In this document: positions 20,442 through 31,685 of the stretch, in pieces
Layout: every line of letters starts with the position of its first letter
How positions within the stretch are numbered: the stretch's first letter is position 1
Source of the DNA: an uncultured Cytophagales bacterium
GTDB lineage: Bacteria > Bacteroidota > Bacteroidia > Cytophagales > Spirosomataceae
NCBI GenBank assembly: GCA_963784335.1
Contig: CAWARB010000039.1
Span: 14,634-78,633 of the forward strand
Direction: 5' to 3'
DNA length: 64,000 nucleotides
Translations under genes and position numbers: made by a program
Notes under the pieces: model-generated
Seen by the model: only the letters and a program-made list of their open reading frames with translations
The model's database searches: none
What the model was told of the DNA's origin: nothing

Positions 20442-21338
20442 ATGTTTCGTCTGTTTTCTTCCCCCTTCCTTTGGCGGGTTCCGGTTGCCCTGCTTACGCT
20501 GGCTGTTGGCTTATTTTCCATGAGTGGTTACGCTATTTCCTGCCAGAGCCATCGCATTAAAGATGTCGCTTATGTAGCCCCAGCTTCGCCCGATTTTGAC
20601 TCCGGGCGGCACCTGTTGGATGTTTACACGCCCAAGGGGAAATCGGCAACGGCCCGCCCCGTTGTAGTGTTTATTCACGGAGGCAGCTGGAATAGCGGGA
20701 GTAAAAATATTTACTGGTTCATTGGCAGGAGACTGGCCAAACAGGGGGTGGTAGCCGTCGTCATCAATTACCGGCTGGCCCCGGCGGTAGAGGTCCCCGC
20801 CATGGCCAATGACTGCGCACGGGCAGTGCAATGGACCAGGCAGCAAATCGGCGAATATGGGGGCGACCCCAACCGCATTTTTGTAATGGGCCATTCGGCA
20901 GGAGCTGGGTTGGCTGCTCTGCTGGCCACCGACGATGAATTATTCACTAAAATCGGTGTAGACCAGAATCCGGTGAAAGGGGCCATTCTTGATGACCCTG
21001 CCGGACTGGATATGCTCGACTATCTGACCAAAATGCAATACCCCGGCGACGAACGGTACCTGATTCCGTACGGGAAGAAACCCGCCCTCTGGCGGGCAGT
21101 ATCCCCTATGTACCACGTCAAAGCCGGTTGCCCACCCATGCTGATTTATGTGGGCGGCAAAACGTACCCCAGTATTACCAGTAGTTCGAAGCGGTTCCAC
21201 GAAAAATTACAGGAACAGGGCGTGAAAAATAAACTGACAACCCTACCCGGTAAAAAACATATCCCGATGGTAGCCCAACTATTCTGGAAAAATAACCTCA
21301 TCTACCGCGATCTGCTGACGTTCGTGGGGGCGGAGTAG
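20442..21338 (+). CDS. Alpha/beta hydrolase (HSL/carboxylesterase-like)
   Basis: LDVYTP, FIHGGSW, INYRLAP, GHSAG, terminal His (KKHIPM). Confidence 0.88.
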   Translation: MFRLFSSPFLWRVPVALLTLAVGLFSMSGYAISCQSHRIKDVAYVAPASPDFDSGRHLLDVYTPKGKSATARPVVVFIHGGSWNSGSKNIYWFIGRRLAKQGVVAVVINYRLAPAVEVPAMANDCARAVQWTRQQIGEYGGDPNRIFVMGHSAGAGLAALLATDDELFTKIGVDQNPVKGAILDDPAGLDMLDYLTKMQYPGDERYLIPYGKKPALWRAVSPMYHVKAGCPPMLIYVGGKTYPSITSSSKRFHEKLQEQGVKNKLTTLPGKKHIPMVAQLFWKNNLIYRDLLTFVGAE

Positions 21339-21435
21339 GTCGAAGGCCCCTTTACACTCACTTTAGTCGGAAAATCCTGTATATTAATCTTTTTAATAGG
21401 TTTGCCATCTAAGGCTTATACACATTAAACAAGTA

Positions 21436-22056
21436 ATGGAAAAATATACAGGGCGGTTTCTACTCACAGGACTGTTTTTCTTGCTTACCGGAATCGGGCT
21501 ACTGGCTCAGCCGGTGAAAGGCTATAATCTGGGTGATGCTGTTGCCGATTTTAAATTGAAAAATATTGACAACCTGTCAATTTCGCTGAGTAATTATCGG
21601 GACAAGAAAGGGTTGATTGTCGTATTTACGAGCAATCACTGCCCCTTCTCAAAAGTATACGAAGAGCGGCTTATTTCGCTGGATCGGACTTTTGCCGGGC
21701 AGGGTTATCCAGTACTGGCTGTGATGGCTAATGACCCGGAATCCTATGATGAAGATTCATTCGAAAACATGAAAGCCCGTGCCCAAACCAAAAACTACTC
21801 CTACCCCTACGTGATGGATGAAGCACAGTTGATGGCCCGCGCTTTTGGGGCTACACGACTGCCGGAAGTGTATATTCTTAAACAGAACGCCGGTCAGTTC
21901 ATTCTTGAATATAAAGGGGCCATTGATGATAATCCGCAGGATGCAGGTAGCGTGCAACGTCGGTATGTTACTGAAGCAGTCAGTAGTTTGTTGGCCGACA
22001 GGCCAGTGCAGTCGCCCATTACCAAACCAATTGGGTGCGGTATCAAGTGGAAGTAG
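21436..22056 (+). CDS. Thioredoxin-fold AhpC/TSA family protein, secreted
   Basis: DFKLKN, FTSNHCPF, DSFENMK, AFGATRLPE, YKGAIDDN, IGCGIKW. Confidence 0.88.
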   Translation: MEKYTGRFLLTGLFFLLTGIGLLAQPVKGYNLGDAVADFKLKNIDNLSISLSNYRDKKGLIVVFTSNHCPFSKVYEERLISLDRTFAGQGYPVLAVMANDPESYDEDSFENMKARAQTKNYSYPYVMDEAQLMARAFGATRLPEVYILKQNAGQFILEYKGAIDDNPQDAGSVQRRYVTEAVSSLLADRPVQSPITKPIGCGIKWK

Positions 22057-22289
22057 TACATAGATCAGACTGGTGTAGAATGTAGTTGTATTATTATGTT
22101 TTACTTGTGTTATTTAGTAACTTTATGGCGTGGCTCTGTACTACTCAGAATGAAAACGTCAAGTCCTTTTCTGAACGATAATACCAGCGTCTAACAGGTT
22201 ATTAATCAGATTGAAAGTAAACTAATCGGGCTAATGGCCTGTGATTTTATAGTAGTCAACCCAACGAAAAATATAACGCCAGATCAGCC

Positions 22290-22793
22290 ATGGAGCTAAA
22301 CGCATTGAACGCCCCCCTCACCGTTCACGAAATAGAGTGGCGGGTGCAGAGCCAGACCAAAGACGGTCAGAAAATTATTGTGGTGCCTTACATCACCAAC
22401 CGCTGTGTGATGCAACGTTTCGACGATCAGTTTGGCTGGGCAGGCTGGCAAAATGAGATAAAGGAAATCGACGGGGGCTTTTTGTGTACTATTACGGCCA
22501 TTTTGCCCGGTGGCGAGATGGTGAAGAAAACGGATGGCGCCAGCCGCACCGCCGTTGAACCCGTAAAGGGAGGTATCAGTGATGCCATGAAACGGTGCGC
22601 CGTGCAGTTTGGCCTGGGCCGGGCTTTATACGATTTTCCCAAGGTAATGATCCAAACCACCGACAAGTACATCCCAAACTGGGCTTCTCCGCTGTTGGAT
22701 AAAATGGTGGAAAAACTCAACGCGGGCGGCCTGGTCCGTGATGTGGTTGTGCTAAAACCTGAACACGCCAAGGTTGCTCCGAAGGAAGTGTAA
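22290..22793 (+). CDS. Rad52/Rad22 family single-strand annealing protein (DdrA/Sak-like)
   Basis: L.APL...EIEWRVQ, VPYITNRCVMQRFD..FG..GW, KTDGA, EPVKGGISDAMKRCAVQFGLGRALY. Confidence 0.85.
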   Translation: MELNALNAPLTVHEIEWRVQSQTKDGQKIIVVPYITNRCVMQRFDDQFGWAGWQNEIKEIDGGFLCTITAILPGGEMVKKTDGASRTAVEPVKGGISDAMKRCAVQFGLGRALYDFPKVMIQTTDKYIPNWASPLLDKMVEKLNAGGLVRDVVVLKPEHAKVAPKEV

Positions 22794-22974
22794 AGCTGTT
22801 TACTGAGTAGACATCAGTTCAATAAACGAACGATCCTACAGACGGCCTGTAACTTCACTGATTGGTGAATGAATGCTACTTAGTAATTTATACTCATGGT
22901 TCGGTAATTCCATAGCCCCAAATCCAAGAACACTGAAACTACGTTTATTGGGTATCTACTTACCGTTACCCTGC

Positions 22975-23532
22975 ATGCGTAAAGACTACACCGACGAAGA
23001 ATTAGTCGACTGGTATTTGGAGACCCGTCAGAATACATACTTCGAACAACTTTATGAACGCTACAGTCATAAAGTGCACAATAAATGCCTGTCGTTTACC
23101 AAAGACAGGATGCAGGCAGATGACCTGACGCAGGATATATTCATACGGTTGCTGAGTAAACTCGAAAGCTACAAACGGAACGCCAAGTTTTCCACCTGGC
23201 TCTATTCCATTACATCTAATTACTGTACCGATCTGATTCGTTCTACCCGCGCCCGTCATTATCCCATATTGTTGGATAACTGGGGGAGTGTAAGCCTGAT
23301 CTCCGACGATAATGAGGTAGAACAACAAACGGAGTTGAACCGGGTGAAAATCCAGTATGCGCTAACCCGTATGCCGATCCTCGAACAGCATCTGCTGCAA
23401 AAAAAATACCAGGAAGATACCAGTATACAGGAATTAGCCATTCATTACTCCCTGACGGAAAGTGCCATAAAGATGCGCCTTAAACGTTCGCGTGACCGAC
23501 TGCGTCAGTTATATGGAGAAGCAAGAATGTAA
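22975..23532 (+). CDS. ECF-type RNA polymerase sigma factor
   Basis: TDEELV, FEQLYERY, ADDLTQDIF, AKFSTWLYSITSNYC (region 2); SIQELA...TESAIKMRLKRSR (region 4). Confidence 0.92.
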   Translation: MRKDYTDEELVDWYLETRQNTYFEQLYERYSHKVHNKCLSFTKDRMQADDLTQDIFIRLLSKLESYKRNAKFSTWLYSITSNYCTDLIRSTRARHYPILLDNWGSVSLISDDNEVEQQTELNRVKIQYALTRMPILEQHLLQKKYQEDTSIQELAIHYSLTESAIKMRLKRSRDRLRQLYGEARM

Positions 23533-23617
23533 GGAGCGTTTCTTGATTAAGGTATTGTAAAATAGCGGGTTATGCAGCAGGCTGAGCCCCGTGTCGATTA
23601 GTTAAGGCCATCGTTGA

Positions 23618-23673
23618 ATCAGTATGCCGATTCGAACGCATTCCTACCGGAACGTTCGGATCGGCATACTGAT
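23618..23673. terminator. Stem-loop downstream of the ECF sigma gene
   Basis: atcagtatgccgat / atcggcatactgat 14-bp perfect inverted repeat with further inner pairing. Confidence 0.5.
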
Positions 23674-23779
23674 GTTCGGGTGGGTCACGGACGTAGAAAC
23701 CCATTTGGTACGATAGAGTTGAAAAGGAGATTGTTACTTTTGAATCGTTTCAGGTTTTAGAACCCATTACCAGCTAAAA

Positions 23780-24020
23780 ATGGGACCTTATTCGACGAAG
23801 AGTTGGTTCGGCTGTATGTCGATACACAGCAGAACACCGTTTCGAACGTCTATACAAACCTTACTGTGACAAAGTAGAGCGAAAAAGCCTGTCGTTTACG
23901 AAAAATCCGGTTTAGGCGGAGGCTTTGACACACGGCATTTTTCTGGACATACTTGTCAGACTCAGTTTCTTTCGGGAGGATGCTACGTTGTCAACCGGGC
24001 TGTAGTCAATCACCTAAAAT
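23780..24020 (+). pseudogene. Decayed ECF sigma factor paralog (region 2 only)
   Basis: Piecewise translation DEELVRLYVDTQQN..FERLY..YCDKV.RKSLSFTKNPV*AEALTHGIFL...STGL*SIT*N parallels DEELVDWYLETRQNTYFEQLYERYSHKVHNKCLSFTKD..ADDLTQDIF...STWLYSITSN of the upstream gene; several stops and frameshifts. Confidence 0.8.
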
Positions 24021-24227
24021 AAATACAAGGGCAAGTCATTCAAGTGGACGATGCAGAGGGAGAAATAGTAAAGGTCGACAGCCCATCCCCGACCCTCCGC
24101 ACGGGTGACGACTACTACCGTTATTCCGCTGCAACTGCTGCAAACGAAAAAAGTAACGGTATTCGGGAAACCAATTGCCCCATCTACCGTCCAATAAGCT
24201 TCCTGCCAACCTCACTACGGGAAAATA

Positions 24228-25226
24228 ATGAGTAAACGTATACTAGTCACCCTGTGCTGCCTGCTCTACCTGAATCATGTAATGGCTCAGGATTCGATCC
24301 GGGTTACCAAAAACTTTGAAGACGTCGTAGCCGTAAAACCTGATACGTCCTACTGGCAGCGGTCTTTTAGTGGTGGGGTGAACGTCAACCAGGCATCGTT
24401 CAGTAACTGGTCGGGTGGGGGCGTGAATTCGCTGGCAATAGGCGGAGCCATATCGGCCCGGGCGCTCTACGAAAAAGAGAAAACATCCTGGGACAATACC
24501 GCCGATCTGCAACTGGGCTACGTTACCCAACTGGGCAACACGCGCAAAGCCGCCGACCAGATTATTGTTATCTCGGTACTGGGGCATAAAATTGCGCCTA
24601 AGTGGGACGTGTTCGTATCCGGAACCTTCAACACCTTCTTTGCTGCGGGCTATCGGTACGATCAACTCCCCGCCGACCAGATCCGGTTGCGGGTATCCAA
24701 TTTCTTTGCCCCGGCTCAGCTAACCCTCTCGACCGGTATTGCCTATAAGCCGAATGATTGGTTCTCACTCCGCATGAGTCCCATCGCCCCGCGTTTTACC
24801 TTCCTGGCCGACCAGGGTGTACGGGTACGTCAGTTGGCCAATGGCACGTATGTTCCCGACGCTACGCAGAAAGCCTATGGTGTCGATCCCGGGAAGAGTG
24901 TTCGCACCGAGTGGCTGGCCTTTCAGCTACAGGCGGCTCTGAACAAGAACCTGACCGATAATATATCCCTGAATACCCGGTATCAACTTTTCTCGGAGTA
25001 CACGCAGCTGGATAATATCAACCACCGGCTCGACTTTTTGCTGACCGCTAAAGCAGGTCGGTATCTGAGTACAACCCTCGGCCTGATTTTACTGTACAAC
25101 AAGGATTTTAGCCCCGACCTTCAGCTTCAACAGACGCTGGCTATTGGGTTGGTGTATAACCTGAGTTCATTCAGAAAGAAGCGGGATGCCCGGAAAGCCG
25201 ATGCTCCCTTACCCGGCCGATTTTGA
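24228..25226 (+). CDS. DUF3078-like outer-membrane beta-barrel protein
   Basis: Signal peptide; NVNQASFSNWSGGGVNS, WDN..DLQLGY, RKAADQI, SNFFAPA, LQLQQTLAIG. Confidence 0.8.
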   Translation: MSKRILVTLCCLLYLNHVMAQDSIRVTKNFEDVVAVKPDTSYWQRSFSGGVNVNQASFSNWSGGGVNSLAIGGAISARALYEKEKTSWDNTADLQLGYVTQLGNTRKAADQIIVISVLGHKIAPKWDVFVSGTFNTFFAAGYRYDQLPADQIRLRVSNFFAPAQLTLSTGIAYKPNDWFSLRMSPIAPRFTFLADQGVRVRQLANGTYVPDATQKAYGVDPGKSVRTEWLAFQLQAALNKNLTDNISLNTRYQLFSEYTQLDNINHRLDFLLTAKAGRYLSTTLGLILLYNKDFSPDLQLQQTLAIGLVYNLSSFRKKRDARKADAPLPGRF

Positions 25227-25289
25227 CTTTACCCGGAATAACATATTCTTTGCTTAGATATTTACTTCTAACCTTTAAATCAATTGTTT

Positions 25290-25622
25290 ATGCTGAGTGA
25301 ATTCAAACTATTCATTGCCCAGGGAAATGTTCTCGACCTGGCTGTCGGTGTTATTATTGGTGCCGCCTTCGGTAAAATTACTACCTCACTGGTAGAGGAT
25401 ATCCTCAATCCGATTATTGGGTTAGCACTGGGTGGTATCGACTTGAGCCAGTTGAAACTTGTATTGAGAGAAGCCGTTGGGACCGTTCCTGAAGTAGCCA
25501 TCCGGTATGGTAATTTCCTGAATACGCTCATTCAGTTTTTAATCATTGCCTGGGTTATTTTCCTGATTGTAAAAGGAGCGAACCACATGCGGATATCCAG
25601 GTCGCTGGCTCCGAAAGAATAG
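25290..25622 (+). CDS. mscL: Large-conductance mechanosensitive channel (short, no C-terminal helix)
   Basis: EFKLFIAQGNVLDLAVGVIIGAAFGKITTSLVEDI, YGNFLNTLIQFLIIAWVIF. Confidence 0.92.
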   Translation: MLSEFKLFIAQGNVLDLAVGVIIGAAFGKITTSLVEDILNPIIGLALGGIDLSQLKLVLREAVGTVPEVAIRYGNFLNTLIQFLIIAWVIFLIVKGANHMRISRSLAPKE

Positions 25623-25647
25623 ATGATGCAAAATAAATTTTTGGTGG

Positions 25648-25682
25648 AAAAGCCCCGACTCATAGCCGGGGCTTTTTTATTT
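25648..25682 (+). terminator. Intrinsic terminator after mscL
   Basis: aaaagccccg-actcatagc-cggggctttttt: GC-rich stem plus U-tract. Confidence 0.8.
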
Positions 25683-25714
25683 ATGCGTTATTTTGCCATC
25701 GGTACAGATTTGCT

Positions 25715-27070
<1,356 letters not shown>

Positions 27071-27138
27071 CATAGGGTATAGGCACCAGCCATCTACCCA
27101 CATCATATATCATGCATCATACATCATTGACAAAAATC

Positions 27139-28263
27139 ATGGCACTACGTGAATGGATTCGTACGCATCTTAAAGGTGACCGCCAAATCTGGTGGATTGT
27201 TCTTTATCTGTCCATCATGAGTGTTCTGGTCGTTTACAGCGCAACGGGTACCAAAGCGTTTCGAGAACTGGATGGCAACACCGAAGCATTTTTGTTCAAG
27301 CACGGGCTCACTGCTGCTGATTGGGTTGCTGCACGTATTTTGCGCACAAAATCAACTATGTTCTACTACGCCCGATTGTCGAAATATGGTCTTGTGGCTG
27401 TCCATTCCCCTGTTGTTGTGGGCCTTCTTTAAAGGAGAAACGCTGAATGATGCCTCTCGCTGGGTCACCATTCCGATCATCAACCAAACGTTCCAGCCAT
27501 CCGATTTAGCCAAGCTGGCCCTCATTTCCAATCTGGCGGCTATGCTGGCCAAGCGGCAGCGGTTCATGAGATGACCCGAGCGGTGCTGTTCAATCTCATT
27601 CTGTGGATTGGCGTTATTTGCTCGCTCATTATTCTATCCAATACATCAACAGCCCTGTTGCTGGGAGCCACGTGCTTTCTACTGATGTACATTGGTCGGG
27701 TGCCGGTTCGTTACTTGGGCTATATGATTGTTGTTTGTATGTTGTTCGGCGGTATTGCGTTGGCGGCAGGGCAACGTTTCGGTACGGCCTCGAACCGGGT
27801 AAAAAGTTTTATGGATTCCGACACAATTGTTTATCAGGTCGAGCAATCCTACATCGCGCTGGCCAATGGTGGACTAACAGGCCAGGGACCTGGCAACAGT
27901 CATCAGCGCAATACGTTACCCAACCCATTTTCTGACTTCATTTATGCCATTATTGTCGAAGAGTACGGCTTGCTGCTGGGCGGTATTCCGGTTGTGCTGG
28001 CTTATATGTGGTTTTTGTGGCGAGGTATGAAAACACTTCAGAAAGCTACCCGACCTTTTGGCGGATTATTATCAGCGGGGCTAACATTTAGCATTGTTTT
28101 TCAGGCATTTGCCAGTATCTGCGTAGCCATCGGTTTGGCTCCCGTAACGGGCCAGCCACTGCCTTTGCTAAGCATGGGGGGCACATCGCTTATATTCACC
28201 GGATTGGCCATTGGTATCGTATTGAGTGTTAGTCGGGATGAAGCCGACGAAAGCAAAATTTAA
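27139..28263 (+). CDS. ftsW: FtsW (SEDS) peptidoglycan polymerase (frameshifted)
   Basis: LKGDRQIW, VVYSA, ASRW..TFQPSDLAKLAL, GPGNSHQRNTLPNPFSDFIYAIIVEEYG, PVTGQPLPLLSMGGTS across three frames. Confidence 0.9.
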
Positions 28264-28286
28264 TTCAACAGGATTAAAAAGTCTGA

Positions 28287-29388
28287 ATGAAAGTTATCAT
28301 TAGCGGGGGCGGAACAGGCGGACATATTTATCCGGCTATTGCCATTGCCAACGAATTGAAAGCCATTGACCCGACTACAGAAATTTTGTTTGTTGGGGCT
28401 GAAGGTAAAATGGAAATGGAGAAAGTACCCCGTGCTGGATATACCATCGTGGGCTTGCCGGTTGTCGGCATAAAACGAGAATTAACTCTGGCCAATCTTG
28501 CATTTCCGCTCAAAGTTGGGCCGGAGCCTGCTTCGGGCTCGGCAAATTGTTCGCGACTTCCAGCCCGATGCTGCCGTGGGTGTGGGTGGATATGCCAGTG
28601 GCCCCTTGCTGTTGGCGGCATCACTGAAAGGAATCCCCACCCTGATTCAGGAACAGAATTCCTATGCCGGACTAACAAATAAAGTACTGGCTCGCTGGGC
28701 AAAGCGTATTTGCGTGGCCTACCCCGGCATGGATGCTTTTTTCCCGCCGCAGTAAAATCAAAGTAACGGGAAATCCTGTTCGTAGTGATATTCAGTTTGC
28801 CGATCAGCAGATCGAGGCTGGCCAGAAACTGTTTGGCCTAGAAGCCAACCGCCCAACACTGTTGATTATTGGTGGTAGTCAGGGCGCACGAACAATCAAT
28901 GAGAGTATAGAAGCTGGCCTACAGCGTTTTGTTGATGCAGGCGTTCAGGTAATCTGGCAAACAGGTCCGGCTTTCATTGAGCGGGCGCGGGCGGCCGTTG
29001 CTACGCTTGGTTCACCCTTGATTAAACCCTACGATTTTATTTACGATATGGATAAAGCCTATGCCGTTGCCGATGCAGTTGTGTCACGGGCAGGTGCTTT
29101 ATCGGTGTCCGAATTGTGTCTGGTAGGTCGTCCGGCTATTCTGGTGCCTTTCCCAGCGGCCGCCGAAGATCACCAAACAAAAACGCAATGAGCCTGGTGG
29201 AGAACATAACGCGGCTTTACTCGTCAACGACCGGGCAGCCCGCGAACGAACTCGTTACGGCCGCATTGAACTTACTCAGCAATCCAGCTCAGCAGCAGCA
29301 GTTAAGCACCGCAAATAAAAACATTGGCCAAACCCAATGCCGCCCGCGACATTGCCAAGAAGTAATTAAACTAACTAAACGCAGTTGA
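28287..29388 (+). CDS. murG: Undecaprenyl-PP-MurNAc-pentapeptide GlcNAc transferase (frameshifted)
   Basis: SGGGTGGHIYP, GVGGYASGP, QEQNSYAGLTNK, TGNPVR, GGSQGA, SRAGA, EDHQTK across several frames. Confidence 0.9.
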
Positions 29389-29470
29389 TGGTCACGCGAA
29401 ACGATTGGTTGCCGCCTGCATCCAAGCGATTCACTACTGCCTGACCAAATAACAACCTGCTACACTAACC

Positions 29471-30862
29471 ATGACACTTAGATCAATTCAAATACATTTA
29501 TTTTCTCGGTATCGGTGGTATCGGTATGAGTGCGCTGGCTCGCTGGTTTCAGGTAAATGGTTATCCCGTGGCCGGGTACGACAAAACGTCTACCGCCCTG
29601 ACAGAAGCTTTGCAGGCCGAAGGAATGGTCGATTCATTTTACGGAGGATATTGATCAGATACCCGCCGAGTTTCGGGAAAACCCAGCCGAAACACTGGTG
29701 ATTTACACGCCTGCCGTTCCGAAAACCCATCCCGAGTACATTTATTTTACCGAACATGGCTTCACGCTCCAGAAACGCTCTCAGGTACTGGGTTTGCTGG
29801 CGGGGCAAATGACAACAATCGGCGTGGCGGGCACGCACGGCAAAACCACAACTTCGTCGATGGTAGCGCACATTCTGCGGGATGCGGGGGTAAACTGCGC
29901 GGCTTTTCTGGGAGGAATCACCAATAATTACGGTACCAATTTTCTGCTAAACCAACCCGCCGATGACCTGCAATCGGTTGTCTGCGTGGTTGAAGCCGAC
30001 GAATTTGACCGTTCATTTTTGACATTGTTTCCAAAGTACGCCATCGTCACCTCCACCGATGCCGACCACCTGGATATTTACGGTGCCCACGATGCGGTGC
30101 TCGAATCATTCGGTAAGTTTGTTAGCCAGATTGAGACCGGATGGGGTTCTTTTCATGAAAAATGGATTGACTCTGACCGACAAAACAAAAGCCGAAGTTC
30201 GGCAATATTCCTTGAAGGAAGGTGATTATTATAGCCAGAATCTCCGAATTGAACAGGCCACTTTCGTGTTTGATCTGGTTTATCCGCAAGGCGTAATTGC
30301 CGATATTCAACTGCTTGTTCCGGGCTTTCATAATGTCGAAAATGCAGTGGCCGCTGGGGCAGTGGCCTTGGAAGTTGGCGTATCGCCCGAAGCTATCCGG
30401 TCGGCACTGAACAGTTACCGGGGCGTTCGCCGACGGTTCGAGTACATCCTCAAAACCGATGCAGCTGTATTGATCGACGATTATGCCCACCATCCGGCCG
30501 AAGTGCAGGCATTTTTGTCATCCGTAAAAGCACTCTATCCTGATCGGGAATTAACGGCTATATTTCAGCCTCATCTATTCAGCCGTACCCGCGATTTTGC
30601 CGAAGGTTTTGCCGAAAGTCTATCACTGGCCGATAATGTTATTTTGCTGGATATTTATCCAGCCCGCGAATTACCCATAGAAGGAGTCACCTCAGACTTG
30701 ATTTTTCGGGACATACAATCGAAAACTAAACAAAAATGCACCAAAGCTGAACTGCCCGGCGTTGTGCGAAAAATGAAGCCTACACTGCTTGTAACCATCG
30801 GTGCAGGGGATATTGACCAGACTGTTACCTATACTAAAAAAACAATGTTAACCTACCAATAG
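29471..30862 (+). CDS. murC: UDP-N-acetylmuramate--L-alanine ligase (frameshifted)
   Basis: GIGGIGMSALA (shifted frame near 29507), AGTHGKTTTS, VEADEFDRSFL, DADHLD, GVRRRFE, DDYAHHP, FQPHLFSRT, GAGDI. Confidence 0.9.
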
Positions 30863-30899
30863 ATAAAAATATCTCGAAAACAATCCAGCTTATTTACAG

Positions 30900-31677
30900 A
30901 TGTTTTCTACCTTTAAATCATCCAAAAAGTGGTTGCTCGCCGTCGGGGGGCTTTTGAGCCTGTTCGGTCTCATAGCTTTCACTGAAATTCGGCACGGCCA
31001 GAAGCACGTTCGGGCGGTAGTTATGCAGATCGATCAGGTTGATGGAAACCAATTTCTGACCCGTCGGGATGTAATGGGATATTTCACCAATGAAGGTGCG
31101 GACCCAATTATTGGTAAAGACTATGAAGATATCGATTTCGAAACGGCTGGAGAAAACGGTTGAAAAAACACGGATTGGTAAAAAATTGTCAGGTTTCACG
31201 TGACCTACCGGGAGATTTGCTCGTCGTCATTGAACAACCTCATCCACTGGCCCGATTGATGGTTTCTGGCGAGGGATTACGGGTAATGTCGGGGCAGTAC
31301 GTAAGTGAAGAGGGACGTTTTTTCCCAATCTCAATGAATTACTCGGCCCGGGTGCCCATACTAACGGGGCGTTATTTTGACCAGAACCGGTCGTTGACGA
31401 GTGAACGGAACCAGCCATTGCTGGAACTATTGAAGCGAATACACGATGACCCGTTCTGGCGGGCACAAATCGCCGAACTATCAGTGGACAAGGAAGGGAT
31501 GGTAACAATGCGGCCTCAACTGGGTAATCATCAGATTGAGTTTGGATTGCCTACTGAACTGGATGCAAAATTTAAGAAAGTTAAAATTAGTCTATACGGA
31601 CATTTTACCCGCTAAAAGCATGGGATCGCTATAGTCGGATAAACGTTCAGTATCGAAACCAAATAATTTGCGAATAA
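30900..31677 (+). CDS. ftsQ: Cell division protein FtsQ (frameshifted)
   Basis: N-terminal TM segment, POTRA-like region, SARVPILTG, DDPFWRAQI, IEFG, C-terminal WDRYSRINVQYRNQIICE*; positioned between murC and ftsA. Confidence 0.8.
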
Positions 31678-31685
31678 CAACGGGC

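Noticed and set aside
21436-24020. Prophage remnant around the Rad52/Sak-like gene
   Set aside because: No integrase, ssb, terminase, structural genes or att-like repeats; the flanking genes are ordinary host genes.
24044-24235. 63-aa GTG-start ORF upstream of the DUF3078-like gene
   Set aside because: Short, no motif, and overlaps the likely promoter and 5' UTR.
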